Source of the DNA: Candidatus Woesearchaeota archaeon
Lineage (GTDB): Archaea > Nanobdellota > Nanobdellia > Woesearchaeales > J072
Assembly (NCBI GenBank): GCA_003695265.1
Contig: RFII01000050.1
Location: 1 to 33,842, forward strand
Length of the DNA: 33,842 bases
Direction of reading: 5' to 3'
Position numbers and translations under genes: made by a program. Positions 24,355-33,225 of the stretch are shown here, piece after piece. The notes beneath the pieces are model-generated. The model had not been told where the DNA came from. It saw only the letters and a program-made list of their open reading frames with translations, and searched no databases. How positions within the stretch are numbered: the first letter of the stretch is position 1; every line of letters starts with the position of its first letter.

Positions 24355-24615
24355 TCACCTTTTCTTTATCCTGTCTTCCGGCCTGCCCACCAATGCTTTT
24401 CCTTTGACCACAATTTTTTTATCGTTCATTTTTATTCTTAGCGTAACGTTTTTTTTTATGATTGTTTTTTTTGCGTTGTCTTTTTTCACTATGATTGTGT
24501 GTTTTGTCTCATCAATTATTTTTCCTATTATCCCAACGTTGTCTTTATTTGTTGAGCATATGACTTCGATTTCTCTGCCTATCAATTCCTTCCTTTGCAC
24601 GTCTTTAAGATTCAT
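24355..24615 (-). CDS. rnp1: Ribonuclease P protein component 1 (Rpp29/POP4)
   Basis: ELIG..IEV, GIIGKIIDETK, GRPEDRIKK; canonical position between SUI1 and S17. Confidence 0.93.
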   Translation of the reverse strand: MNLKDVQRKELIGREIEVICSTNKDNVGIIGKIIDETKHTIIVKKDNAKKTIIKKNVTLRIKMNDKKIVVKGKALVGRPEDRIKKR

Positions 24616-24617
24616 CC

Positions 24618-24926
24618 TTACTTTATTTCAATTGTATCCTCGCTGAACCCCATTTGGATAAGCGCTTGCTTTATCTTTGTTTTGTGGTTTCCTTGAAGCT
24701 CGATTTGGCCGTCTTTTGCTGTTCCTCCGCAGGCAAACTGGGCCTTTAACTTTTTGACAAGCTCTTTGAGGTCAATGTCTTTCTCGTCAATCCCTTTTAT
24801 AATGGTGTATTGTTTTCCGAACTTTCTCTTTTCTACAACCGCAGTTATCTTTTGTCGTTCCTTTGCAATGTTTTCGCAAACGCATAGCTCCTTTGGGAGT
24901 CCGCATACGGTACATATCTCACTCAT
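24618..24926 (-). CDS. sui1: Translation initiation factor aIF1 (SUI1 homolog)
   Basis: [33 protein letters not shown]. Confidence 0.96.
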   Translation of the reverse strand: MSEICTVCGLPKELCVCENIAKERQKITAVVEKRKFGKQYTIIKGIDEKDIDLKELVKKLKAQFACGGTAKDGQIELQGNHKTKIKQALIQMGFSEDTIEIK

Positions 24927-25129
24927 TGCTTTGATTTCTCCGTGTTTTTTTGTTGTTTTATTGTTTTTATTTTAGCTAAAGTTTTTTTTATTGTTTTAAC
25001 TTGGCCAGGGCTCTTTGGATTCGTGCCCGTGGCAATCTGAGCATTAATCTTAATGAGTTCTTTTTTTAACTCAACAAATTTTTCATCAAGTTCTTTCTCT
25101 GACATCATGCGCAATTCTTTTATTTTCAT
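24923..25129 (-). CDS. rpl29: 50S ribosomal protein uL29
   Basis: [32 protein letters not shown]; position after S3. Confidence 0.93.
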   Translation of the reverse strand: MKIKELRMMSEKELDEKFVELKKELIKINAQIATGTNPKSPGQVKTIKKTLAKIKTIKQQKNTEKSKQ

Positions 25130-25905
25130 TTTTTATCTGCTTTTTTCTCGCTGCTTTTTTTTGTTGTTTTTTTTGCTGAGGATTTTTTTGTTTTCTTTTC
25201 TCTTTTCTTTTCAGCGGATTTTTCTTCTGTTTTCTTATCCTCAGCTTTCTTTTCTGTTCCTTCTTCCTTGTCTTCTTTTTCTTCTTTCTTTTCTGTTTCA
25301 ACTTCATCTTTTCCTTTGGTTTTTATCCTATCCGGAAGAGTTGTTTCCGGAGGCATAATCCTTACTTTTATGCCAACAACTCCTGTTTTTAGCTTTGCTA
25401 TGGCTTCTGCGCTTCTCACACCTGTTAGTGCTATGTCACCGCATTTTTTTAAGTATCCTGAGTAAAACCTCCAGCTTTTAGCGCGTGCGCTCGGAATCTT
25501 TCCGGATATTATTATTTCGACTCCTAATGCGCCGGCGTTCATAACATCAACCATTGTTTTGTGGCCTATCCCCTTAAAGCGCACAGCTCCAAACCTTTCC
25601 AACGTGTTTGCTATTCTTTCCGCAACAATTTGGGCGTCGAGGTTTATGTTTTCAACCTCGTTAATTTCTATTTGGGGGTTTTCAAGATTAAACCTGTTTT
25701 TGATTTCTTCAGTAAGGTTCTTTATGTTTTCCCCTCTTCTTCCGACAACAAGGCCTGGTCTAGAGGCATAAATTATTATTTTCTCACCTAATGGAGTTCT
25801 TTGCAGGCGCGTGTGGGAGTGGCCTGCGCCCTTAAGGTTTTTTCTAATAAACTCCTGTATCCTGAATTCCTTCAGCTTTTCTGCAACGAATTGTCTTTCT
25901 ATCAT
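25126..25905 (-). CDS. rps3: 30S ribosomal protein uS3 with K/E-rich tail
   Basis: RTPLG, RPGLVVGRRG, GALGVEIIISGK, GYLKKCG, GVVGIKVRIMPP. Confidence 0.97.
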   Translation of the reverse strand: MIERQFVAEKLKEFRIQEFIRKNLKGAGHSHTRLQRTPLGEKIIIYASRPGLVVGRRGENIKNLTEEIKNRFNLENPQIEINEVENINLDAQIVAERIANTLERFGAVRFKGIGHKTMVDVMNAGALGVEIIISGKIPSARAKSWRFYSGYLKKCGDIALTGVRSAEAIAKLKTGVVGIKVRIMPPETTLPDRIKTKGKDEVETEKKEEKEDKEEGTEKKAEDKKTEEKSAEKKREKKTKKSSAKKTTKKSSEKKADKK

Positions 25906-26624
25906 TTCTTAGGATCCTCCTTTTCAGCCTCTTCTTTTTTTGGTTTCGGATCAGTTTTTTTCTCTTCATTTTTTGGCTCAGGCACTTTTTCTCTTTTAAC
26001 ATCTTTTGCTTCTTTTTTGCTTTTCGCATCTTTTTCATCAGCAATTGCTTCTTTTTCGGCTGCCCCTGCTTTTGACTCTTGTTTTTTTTCTTCTGCTTTT
26101 TCAGATTCCTTTTTGCCTTGCGTGGCTTCTTTCTTAATCTCCTTTTTTTGTTCTGCCTTTTCTTCCTTTTTTATGCTTGCCTTTGATTTTTTGTCAGCTT
26201 TTTCTTCAACAACAACCTCTATGTGTGTTCTCTTCATCTGCCTTCTTCTCAGCCTTCCATACCTCAACGGTGTCGAAGCCTTGTGCGCGCATATGTGTTT
26301 TATTATCAAGTTATTAACGTTTAGCCCCTTTGAAAGAGCATTCGCCTCAACAGACTCAAGCAATTTCAGTATTAAGCTTGATGCTTTTACATAGTATTTT
26401 CCCGAACCAATGCCTTTCTTATGGCCTGCCCCTTCTGTGAATCTTCTTACAGGGATAGGTTTCTTCAGTTCTTTTGCTAGTTTAAGCAACTCTTTTGCCT
26501 CCTGTAAATTTCTTTTTCTTATGTAATTGCATATTTCAACACTTGCCTTTGTGGAAATAGCTAATTCTCTGCCTATGGCCCTTGCCATGTTCTCATTATA
26601 TTCTTTATATGAATAATCAACCAT
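25902..26624 (-). CDS. rpl22: 50S ribosomal protein uL22 with a ~98-aa K/E/A tail
   Basis: ISTKASVEIC, PVRRF, EANALSKGL, THIEVVV. Confidence 0.95.
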   Translation of the reverse strand: MVDYSYKEYNENMARAIGRELAISTKASVEICNYIRKRNLQEAKELLKLAKELKKPIPVRRFTEGAGHKKGIGSGKYYVKASSLILKLLESVEANALSKGLNVNNLIIKHICAHKASTPLRYGRLRRRQMKRTHIEVVVEEKADKKSKASIKKEEKAEQKKEIKKEATQGKKESEKAEEKKQESKAGAAEKEAIADEKDAKSKKEAKDVKREKVPEPKNEEKKTDPKPKKEEAEKEDPKK

Positions 26625-26625
26625 T

Positions 26626-27006
26626 TTACCTCACTGATATTGCCGCGCTTGATCTTGTAGCTCCAACTCCAGGAGCGCTGTGCCCAACCTTCTTTCTTGT
26701 CATAGCAAATTCACCCAAGTAATGCCCCAACATTTCAGGCATTATCTGCACGGCAACAAACTCCTTCCCATTATGTATCCTTATTGTCTTGTTTAGCATC
26801 ATCGGAACTACTATCATATCCCTGCAATGTGTTTTCACATTATTCTTTTTCTCTATTTTCTTAAGCAATTTTTTATGCTCGTCAGGAAGCCCTCTTAAGA
26901 GGCTTCTTTTTTGTCTGGCAGGAAGTATTTGCGCAAATTCGGTTATACTCATCTTCTTCAATTCTTCTAGTGTTTTCCCATAAAACCTGAATTCTTTTTT
27001 TGCCAT
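26626..27006 (-). CDS. rps19: 30S ribosomal protein uS19
   Basis: [33 protein letters not shown]. Confidence 0.97.
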   Translation of the reverse strand: MAKKEFRFYGKTLEELKKMSITEFAQILPARQKRSLLRGLPDEHKKLLKKIEKKNNVKTHCRDMIVVPMMLNKTIRIHNGKEFVAVQIMPEMLGHYLGEFAMTRKKVGHSAPGVGATRSSAAISVR

Positions 27007-27725
27007 TATTTCTTCCTCCTACCAACCCTTTTAGGTCTCAGCATGCCGACCTTTCTTCCTGGCGGCGCGTTTTTCGGAGCAACAGTGGCCCTTCCTTTCC
27101 TAGACGACCTTGATCCTCCAAAAGGATGATCAACGGCGTTCATCGAAGCGCCACTCACTCTTGGATAAAGCTTGTTTTTTGCCTTCATTGCATGATACTT
27201 TTTGCCTGCTTTCAGCATTGGCTTTTCTTTTCTTCCGCCAGCTGCAATTATACCTATTGTCGCTTTGCAGTCTCCCTTAAACTTTTTCCTTTTCTTTGAT
27301 GGCAGCTGAACAAGTACTTCATTTTTCATCTTGCTAATAATCTTAGCAAAGCCCCCTGCGGAGCGAACAAATTTTCCGCCGTCTCCAGGAAGGTTTTCTA
27401 TGTTAAATATTGAAGTGCCCTCAGGTATGTCTTTTAAATACATAGTGTTTCCAGCACTTATCTTGTCTGTAGCTCCTATTTCTATAACATCTCCTGTTTT
27501 CACCCCTTCAGGGGCAATGTTCAAACCATAATCACCATTATCATATTTTAATACTAGTAAAGGACTTTCATGCCCTGGGCATTTTATTATATCTTTTATT
27601 TCTCCCTTTATTACCTTCTTATCTTTTAATAATGGGTATTTTACTTGGCCTACGTACCTGTGGCTTGGAGCCCTGTAAGTTGGGCTTCCTTTTCCTCTTG
27701 CTTGTTGTATTAATCTTTTGCCCAT
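27006..27725 (-). CDS. rpl2: 50S ribosomal protein uL2
   Basis: [43 protein letters not shown]. Confidence 0.98.
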   Translation of the reverse strand: MGKRLIQQARGKGSPTYRAPSHRYVGQVKYPLLKDKKVIKGEIKDIIKCPGHESPLLVLKYDNGDYGLNIAPEGVKTGDVIEIGATDKISAGNTMYLKDIPEGTSIFNIENLPGDGGKFVRSAGGFAKIISKMKNEVLVQLPSKKRKKFKGDCKATIGIIAAGGRKEKPMLKAGKKYHAMKAKNKLYPRVSGASMNAVDHPFGGSRSSRKGRATVAPKNAPPGRKVGMLRPKRVGRRKK

Positions 27726-27732
27726 TTTATCA

Positions 27733-27987
27733 TCACATCAACCCAAGTTGAGTTGCCAAGTCTATTGCTGGTGTTTCCTCACTTAATTTTACATAAGCCC
27801 TTTTTATCCCATGAGGGTCAACGTGCGTCGTCACCCTGACAATTTTTATCTTGTACATTTCTTCCAAAGCTTTTTTTATATCTTTTTTAGTTGCTTTCTT
27901 CTCTACTGCAAAAATTAGCTTGTTCTCTGACTCCATCAGCCTTAACGATTTTTCTGTTGACAATGGGTATTTTATCACGCTTTCCAT
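27733..27987 (-). CDS. rpl23: 50S ribosomal protein uL23
   Basis: PLSTEK, ENKLIFAV, KRAYVKL, AIDLATQLG; start ATG 27987 or GTG 27993. Confidence 0.95.
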   Translation of the reverse strand: MESVIKYPLSTEKSLRLMESENKLIFAVEKKATKKDIKKALEEMYKIKIVRVTTHVDPHGIKRAYVKLSEETPAIDLATQLGLM

Positions 27988-27989
27988 TT

Positions 27990-28796
27990 TCACAAGTATA
28001 ATTTTTCCTTGCCCATTTTTTCAATAGCTGATTCGCTCCAAAGAGTGAGCCTTCCCATCACTGCGCCGGGAGCAAGCACTTCTGCATTTATTGCGTTAAC
28101 AGGCACCACATCAACGCCTTTCACGTTTTTCGCGGCTTTTGAAAGCTTACACTCTTTTGAAACCACTATTAAAGGTCCGATTTTTACTTTTGTCTTTCTC
28201 CCCCTAATCTTTGCTTTCCCTTCTTTTCTTACTGTTTTAGACACTCTCTCAAGCTCTTCTTTCAGTCCTAATTTTTCAAGGACTTTCTTAACCTCCTTTG
28301 TTTTTTCAGCGTCTTCAATTTTTGAGCTTATGACAAAAGGATAATCCTTTGGAACTTTGTGTCCTCTTTTTTCAACAATTTCGGTAATCACGCTTGCTGA
28401 GATTGCCGACCTTATGGCTTTCCTGTTTTCTTTCTTGTTTATTTTCTGTTCCCAGTTCTTCTCAGCTTTTGGCGGATGGGCTCTTCTTCCACCCCTTGTG
28501 CCGGGCGCAAAAGCACCTTCCCAATTCATTCTTGTTCCGCGCCTGCTCATAATTTTCCTAGGCACTCTTGAAATACCATAACCATATGATCCTCTATACT
28601 TCCTTCTCCTTCTTGAAAGCTCGGCTGAATGCCTTTTTCCTGCTTCAGGAGAAGCACCATATTTTTGTCTCTTGTTTGCTTGCAAAACCTGAACTGCCTT
28701 TTTTACAAGGTCTGGCCGGGGTTCTTCCTCAAACTGTTTTGGCAACTCAATCTCTTTTTCTGGTGCTCCTTCCAGTGTTTTGACTTTAATTCTCAT
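27990..28796 (-). CDS. rpl4: 50S ribosomal protein uL4
   Basis: LPKQFEE..RPDL, GISRVPR, GGRRAHPPK, LAPGAVMGRLTLWSE. Confidence 0.97.
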   Translation of the reverse strand: MRIKVKTLEGAPEKEIELPKQFEEEPRPDLVKKAVQVLQANKRQKYGASPEAGKRHSAELSRRRRKYRGSYGYGISRVPRKIMSRRGTRMNWEGAFAPGTRGGRRAHPPKAEKNWEQKINKKENRKAIRSAISASVITEIVEKRGHKVPKDYPFVISSKIEDAEKTKEVKKVLEKLGLKEELERVSKTVRKEGKAKIRGRKTKVKIGPLIVVSKECKLSKAAKNVKGVDVVPVNAINAEVLAPGAVMGRLTLWSESAIEKMGKEKLYL

Positions 28797-28800
28797 TTTT

Positions 28801-29781
28801 TTAATTGCCTTGTTTTGATTCTAATGAAATATGCTGTATAGCTGGAGCCTCTTTTGGTATTTTCTTGCTAGGTCTTGATGATTTCGTGAGTATTATTAAT
28901 CTTTTTTTCGGCCCACTAACTGATCCTTTTAGTAAGACATAATTATTTTTTACAAGGCCATAATTAATGAATCCTCCCTTCGGGTTTATCTCTTCAGGAT
29001 TACTTCCTATTTTCAGTAGCCATTTATTATACTCTGTTCTTTGATGATAACCGTGCTGCCCCGCATGAGCAACCCTATATAATATGTGTCCTTGACCCCT
29101 CCAAGGACCTAAAGATCCGGGATTTCTAACACCTTTCTCAGACTTATGCTCTTTTAACCCAATTCCAAATCTTTCTACAGGCCCTTTAGTGCCTTTTCCT
29201 TTTGTAATACTATGAACGTCAACTTGCTCTCCTTCTTGAAACACTTTTTCTATAGGCACTTCCTTGTCAAAATACTCTTTTATAAACGCAAGCTGCTCCT
29301 CTTTTGTCCCTCCTATTCTTATCTCAAACAGTTCTGGCTTCTTCTTCCCAATTCCTGTGAGACTAGGCTGCGTGTAAACAACTGCTTTGATAAAATCATA
29401 CTCTTTAACATCATCTAACTTTTTTGTGCTTGCTTTCGGCAGTTTAACCTTTTTTGCAAGGTTTTTGTCAATGTTTTTCGAGAAGATCTCAGAAGAAAGA
29501 GCCGCGCCAGAAGGAGTGTTTTTGTAGAATCGGGCAGAAAAAATTTTGATCGGGGGGCACTCAATGACTGTAATAGGACATATAATGTCTGAACCCTTTG
29601 TTGTTGACGTTTTCCTGTTGTCAGTGATTATCACATGAGTCATTCCTGCTTTGTAGCCAGCAAAACCAACCAAGCCTGGATTAGAATTAGGATTATTCCT
29701 TAATCTAGGATAACTTCTCTTGGCCCTTTTCCGGGGCCAAAATTGCATGCTTCCACTTCTTGGTTTGTGTGCTTTTGGCAT
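28801..29781 (-). CDS. rpl3: 50S ribosomal protein uL3
   Basis: PRSGSMQFWPRKRA, GFAGYKAGMTH, TKGKG, AGQHGYHQRTEYNK, KGSVSGPKKR. Confidence 0.98.
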   Translation of the reverse strand: MPKAHKPRSGSMQFWPRKRAKRSYPRLRNNPNSNPGLVGFAGYKAGMTHVIITDNRKTSTTKGSDIICPITVIECPPIKIFSARFYKNTPSGAALSSEIFSKNIDKNLAKKVKLPKASTKKLDDVKEYDFIKAVVYTQPSLTGIGKKKPELFEIRIGGTKEEQLAFIKEYFDKEVPIEKVFQEGEQVDVHSITKGKGTKGPVERFGIGLKEHKSEKGVRNPGSLGPWRGQGHILYRVAHAGQHGYHQRTEYNKWLLKIGSNPEEINPKGGFINYGLVKNNYVLLKGSVSGPKKRLIILTKSSRPSKKIPKEAPAIQHISLESKQGN

Positions 29782-29789
29782 TTTGGCAG

Positions 29790-29935
29790 GGATGACTGAT
29801 TTTTCATCCTTTTTTTCTCTGTAACAGCCTTTTTGTGGAGCTTTTGCCTAGAACAAGTTTAATGGATAAACTTTGTACTGAAAAGCTCCTTTTCAGGCCT
29901 TGTTATCCAATATTTAAATTCTCACGATTTAAATA
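29790..29935 (-). other. Structured 5' leader of the rpl3 operon (three inverted repeats)
   Basis: IR1 29911-29919/29927-29935; long hairpin 29822-29905; IR3 29790-29795/29804-29809. Confidence 0.55.
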
Positions 29936-29963
29936 ATGGTTTTCTCTCAGGAATTTGAACTAT

Positions 29964-29978
29964 TTTATAAAGCTTTCT
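29964..29978 (-). promoter_or_regulatory. BRE/TATA promoter of the r-protein operon
   Basis: AGAAAGC-TTTATAAA, close to the archaeal consensus; predicted TSS about 29941. Confidence 0.6.
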
Positions 29979-30014
29979 GTTATCTCTCGTGTATTCCAGT
30001 CTCTTTTGAGTTTT

Positions 30015-31325
30015 TTAACTATTTTTACGTGTTTTTCTCCTGTTCAAATACTTCGTCTTTCTTATTGAGTAATTGACAGGGTTTTTGATTTTTGCGCAGG
30101 TGGGGTCTGGATTGCAGACCTGCAAGTCTTTCAAGAACATGTTGTGCGGCGGGCAGTTTGGAGGCAATGCTTTCTTTTTTTTAGTCATGTGGTACCTGAG
30201 GTGGCCTACAATGCGTGATTCGCGAAGCGGCTCCTGGTTTCTCTCATTCCACTCCCTTACAAGCTTTTCAATTTGGTCTTTGCTCCAGCCGACGTTGCTT
30301 AAGAAATTCACGAGCACAAACAATGACCTTTTCCTTCCGTCCTCCAAGCCTTCCAGTATTTTTTTTATGCATGGGGGAAAGAACTGTTCAGGAATTGCCT
30401 CTTCAACGACAGCGTATTCTTTTACTGGCTTTTCGATTTCTTCTTTCTCTTCGATGACAGCGCTGAAGTCAAACGCCTGCACTAAAAGCTGGTTTGCCTC
30501 ATTTTTTTCCGCGCTGGAACTGTCCAAAAAGCGAAGCTTGCCCACCTTGACTTTTTCTGGCATAGCGCTCTCACGTTTAAAGCCAAGCACTTCGTTCAGC
30601 CCTATCGGAATTGATGCCAGCCCTGACTTTTCGTTTAGGGAGTAAGGGCTCCTGTAAAGGTGCCTGCTGGAAATCAGTATTGTGTCAATGTCAACTATTT
30701 TGAAAGGGTCAAATTCATTGTCCTTTGCCAGTTCATCAACTGGAATTCCAAACCTCTGTGAGATTGATGAAACATCTTCCATTTCAAGAATCTTTTTAGC
30801 CAAATGCTTTCGTATCATCTCCCTCAAGTAAGCAGCAACTACTTTCGGCCCTTCCGGAAACAAGGTTTTTGTTGGCTTTCCGAGGACTTTTTCAGGGAAA
30901 GACTCGTAAGGCACTCCTATGTGAAACCCCTTGTTGCCGCTGAACTTGACGCTTATGCTCCTTATTCCATGGTGTTTTAATGCTTCTATCAGGTAATAAG
31001 CAGTGATTTTTGAGAATTGAATGTCCTTGCAGTCTATGTCAAGAACTAAGTCCCAGCCAGACCTCATCTCATCAAGCTCAGCCTTTTTCTTGTTAGGAGC
31101 CAGCATTAAAGGATTATTCCAGCGCTCTTCTGATATATGAAAAGAGGTTGCTCCTTGCTTTGCAAGCTCAAGAACATCCTGCGGGTATTGCAGGATGTCA
31201 GGCCTCTTGCCAAAGCCTTTATCACCAAATCTTATCGCGACTTCTTTGTTTTTCGCGCTATTAACAATCTCGTTGCGTATGTCTTCCCTTTTGTAATACT
31301 GCAATAAAGTGCTTAAGCTTATCAT
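30015..31325 (-). CDS. priS: Fused archaeo-eukaryotic DNA primase (PriS catalytic domain plus PriL C-terminal Fe-S domain)
   Basis: WDLVLDID (DxD), KFSGNKGFH, RSPYSLNEKSG; C-terminal FPPCI...PPNC...C..DPTC..IKNPVNY. Confidence 0.93.
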   Translation of the reverse strand: MISLSTLLQYYKREDIRNEIVNSAKNKEVAIRFGDKGFGKRPDILQYPQDVLELAKQGATSFHISEERWNNPLMLAPNKKKAELDEMRSGWDLVLDIDCKDIQFSKITAYYLIEALKHHGIRSISVKFSGNKGFHIGVPYESFPEKVLGKPTKTLFPEGPKVVAAYLREMIRKHLAKKILEMEDVSSISQRFGIPVDELAKDNEFDPFKIVDIDTILISSRHLYRSPYSLNEKSGLASIPIGLNEVLGFKRESAMPEKVKVGKLRFLDSSSAEKNEANQLLVQAFDFSAVIEEKEEIEKPVKEYAVVEEAIPEQFFPPCIKKILEGLEDGRKRSLFVLVNFLSNVGWSKDQIEKLVREWNERNQEPLRESRIVGHLRYHMTKKKKALPPNCPPHNMFLKDLQVCNPDPTCAKIKNPVNYSIRKTKYLNRRKTRKNS

Positions 31326-31361
31326 GCTTTCTGGGATAATAACTGTTTATTTATTCTTTTT

Positions 31362-31378
31362 GGAAAATGATTTAAATA
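31362..31378 (+). promoter_or_regulatory. Putative BRE/TATA promoter for the TOPRIM gene (leaderless)
   Basis: GGAAAATGA-TTTAAATA ending 20 nt before ATG 31399. Confidence 0.4.
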
Positions 31379-31398
31379 AATTTAACATTAATCAAAGA

Positions 31399-31764
31399 AT
31401 GCGCTCTGAAAATTTTGAAGACTTCGACGACTTTCTCGAAAAGCTCAGGTCTTCTGGCAAGCTAATTATTGTTGAAGGAGCAAAAGACAAGAATGCTCTC
31501 AAATCACTTGGAATAACAAACACTTTTATGATGAACGGCAAGCCATTGTTCAAAATTGTTGAGGAAGTTGCTGAAATTACTAAAGAATGCGTTATTCTGA
31601 CAGATTTTGACAGTGAGGGAAAAAAGCTTTACGGCAGGCTTAATTCTGGATTGCAGCGGTTAGGCGTTAAGGTTGATCATAGATTCAGGGAATTCTTGAT
31701 TAGAAAAACAAGGCTTAGCCATGTGGAAGGAATCTTAAGTTATAAAGAACACCAAAACCAATAA
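31399..31764 (+). CDS. Small stand-alone TOPRIM-domain protein (RNase M5 / small primase-like)
   Basis: IIVEGAKD and ILTDFDSEG motifs; ATG 31399 avoids overlap with the primase. Confidence 0.9.
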   Translation: MRSENFEDFDDFLEKLRSSGKLIIVEGAKDKNALKSLGITNTFMMNGKPLFKIVEEVAEITKECVILTDFDSEGKKLYGRLNSGLQRLGVKVDHRFREFLIRKTRLSHVEGILSYKEHQNQ

Positions 31765-31795
31765 TTTTTTAAGCCATTCAATTATTTTTATTCTT

Positions 31796-32326
31796 ATGGC
31801 AAAGCTGTCGGAAAAAGAGGTTAGGGCTATTGATCATATCGAGCATCAGATTATTGCTCTTGAGAAGGAATGGAATTCTTTTTCTAAAGAAACATTTATT
31901 GATTGGAATAAAAAATACGGCCGGCTTACACCTATGCAAATCCGGGAGAGGGTTCTTCTGCAAGTTGATGATGAGATTATAGAAAAAAAAGAGTTCAAGG
32001 AATTATGGTGGGAATCAATAATCACGTTCCGCAAGCTTTCGCATTTGATTAAAACGAAGAGGAAAAAGCAGGCTCTGAAGCTCTTCGAAATAAGTTATGA
32101 TAATTTTAAGCAGAAGCTGAAAGACCTTGAGTTCTTAGAATTAGACACTCTTATTTTTTTGAAGAGGAACCGCAACATTTTAGAGAAAACCTTTGATTCT
32201 GTTTATGGGAAAGGCTATTTTGACAGGCACGTCATAGGCAACTATTCAATCAGGTTTAGGATAATTCAGATTCTTTTTCGCGAGTACGAACTTTTAGAAG
32301 CGGTGCTGAACAACCTGCTGCGATAA
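31796..32326 (+). CDS. Hypothetical protein, probably alpha-helical
   Basis: 176-aa ORF that fills the gap between flanking genes without overlap; no motif recognised. Confidence 0.7.
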   Translation: MAKLSEKEVRAIDHIEHQIIALEKEWNSFSKETFIDWNKKYGRLTPMQIRERVLLQVDDEIIEKKEFKELWWESIITFRKLSHLIKTKRKKQALKLFEISYDNFKQKLKDLEFLELDTLIFLKRNRNILEKTFDSVYGKGYFDRHVIGNYSIRFRIIQILFREYELLEAVLNNLLR

Positions 32327-32327
32327 A

Positions 32328-33224
32328 TCACATGCTTTCCAGAGCCTTTATTCTCTCATCAATCGGTGGATGAGTTGAGAACATCCTGTTGAGACCGCCC
32401 TTCAAATTCCTTAAGGGGTTCTCAATGTACAGGTGTGCTGTGGCCTTGTTTGCCGTGTCAACCACTTTGTCATGGTCATTTTTTATTTTTCGCAGAGCAT
32501 CTGCAAGGCCTTTCGGATATCTAGTTAGCTTTGCGCCTGAGGCGTCTGCCAGGAATTCCCTCTTGCGCGAAATAGCAAACCTTATCATCTGCGCGATTAT
32601 CGGCGCTAGAATTGCCATTGCAAGCGCAACAACAATTAATATTACGTTTCCTCCGCTTTTGCTGTCTCTTCTGCCGCCGCCCCAAAGGAATGAGCGAAGC
32701 ATAAAGTCACTTAGTAGCGCAACTATTCCTATCATCACAGTAACAAGCATCATGAAGCGGATGTCATAGTTCTTTATGTGGCTTATCTCGTGCGCTAAAA
32801 CCCCTTCTAATTCCGCCCGGTTCAGCCTTTTCCTGGCGCCGCTTGTTATGCAAACAGCAGAGTGCTCAGGGTCTTTTCCTGTGGCAAACGCGTTAATTGA
32901 CTCTTCTTGAATCATATAAATTTTCGGCATTGGTATTCCTGCTGCTATTGAAAGGCCCTCAACTGTGTTCCAATAAAAAGGGTCATCTTTCTTTGTGACA
33001 GGCTTAGCGTGGCTCAGGCTCAGAATCATATTGCTACCGGAATGATAAGCAATTAGGGAATAAATAATAGCTATTATAAATGCAAAAACCATTCCAAACA
33101 TGTAATCGCCTAAGAAAACCTCTCCGAAAACGTAGCCTAAAACAATTATTAAAAGGCTGAAAAAAACCATTAAAGCGTACGACTTCAGCTTGTTCTTAGA
33201 GATTTCCTCATAAAAGTCGGCCAT
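32328..33224 (-). CDS. htpX: Membrane zinc metalloprotease HtpX (M48)
   Basis: NAFATG, GVLAHEISH (HExxH), SRKREFLADA, FSTHPP; four TM helices. Confidence 0.96.
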   Translation of the reverse strand: MADFYEEISKNKLKSYALMVFFSLLIIVLGYVFGEVFLGDYMFGMVFAFIIAIIYSLIAYHSGSNMILSLSHAKPVTKKDDPFYWNTVEGLSIAAGIPMPKIYMIQEESINAFATGKDPEHSAVCITSGARKRLNRAELEGVLAHEISHIKNYDIRFMMLVTVMIGIVALLSDFMLRSFLWGGGRRDSKSGGNVILIVVALAMAILAPIIAQMIRFAISRKREFLADASGAKLTRYPKGLADALRKIKNDHDKVVDTANKATAHLYIENPLRNLKGGLNRMFSTHPPIDERIKALESM

Positions 33225-33225
33225 C

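Noticed and set aside
29789-29816. Plus-strand hairpin followed by a T tract, resembling a bacterial intrinsic terminator
   Set aside because: No plus-strand gene upstream; better explained as part of the minus-strand leader.
29816-29905. Leader hairpin as an H/ACA guide RNA (ACA lies 14 nt from the upper stem on the minus strand)
   Set aside because: No K-turn (tandem GA/AG) in the upper stem, the pocket implies an unlikely U-rich target, and an A-run rather than a terminator follows.
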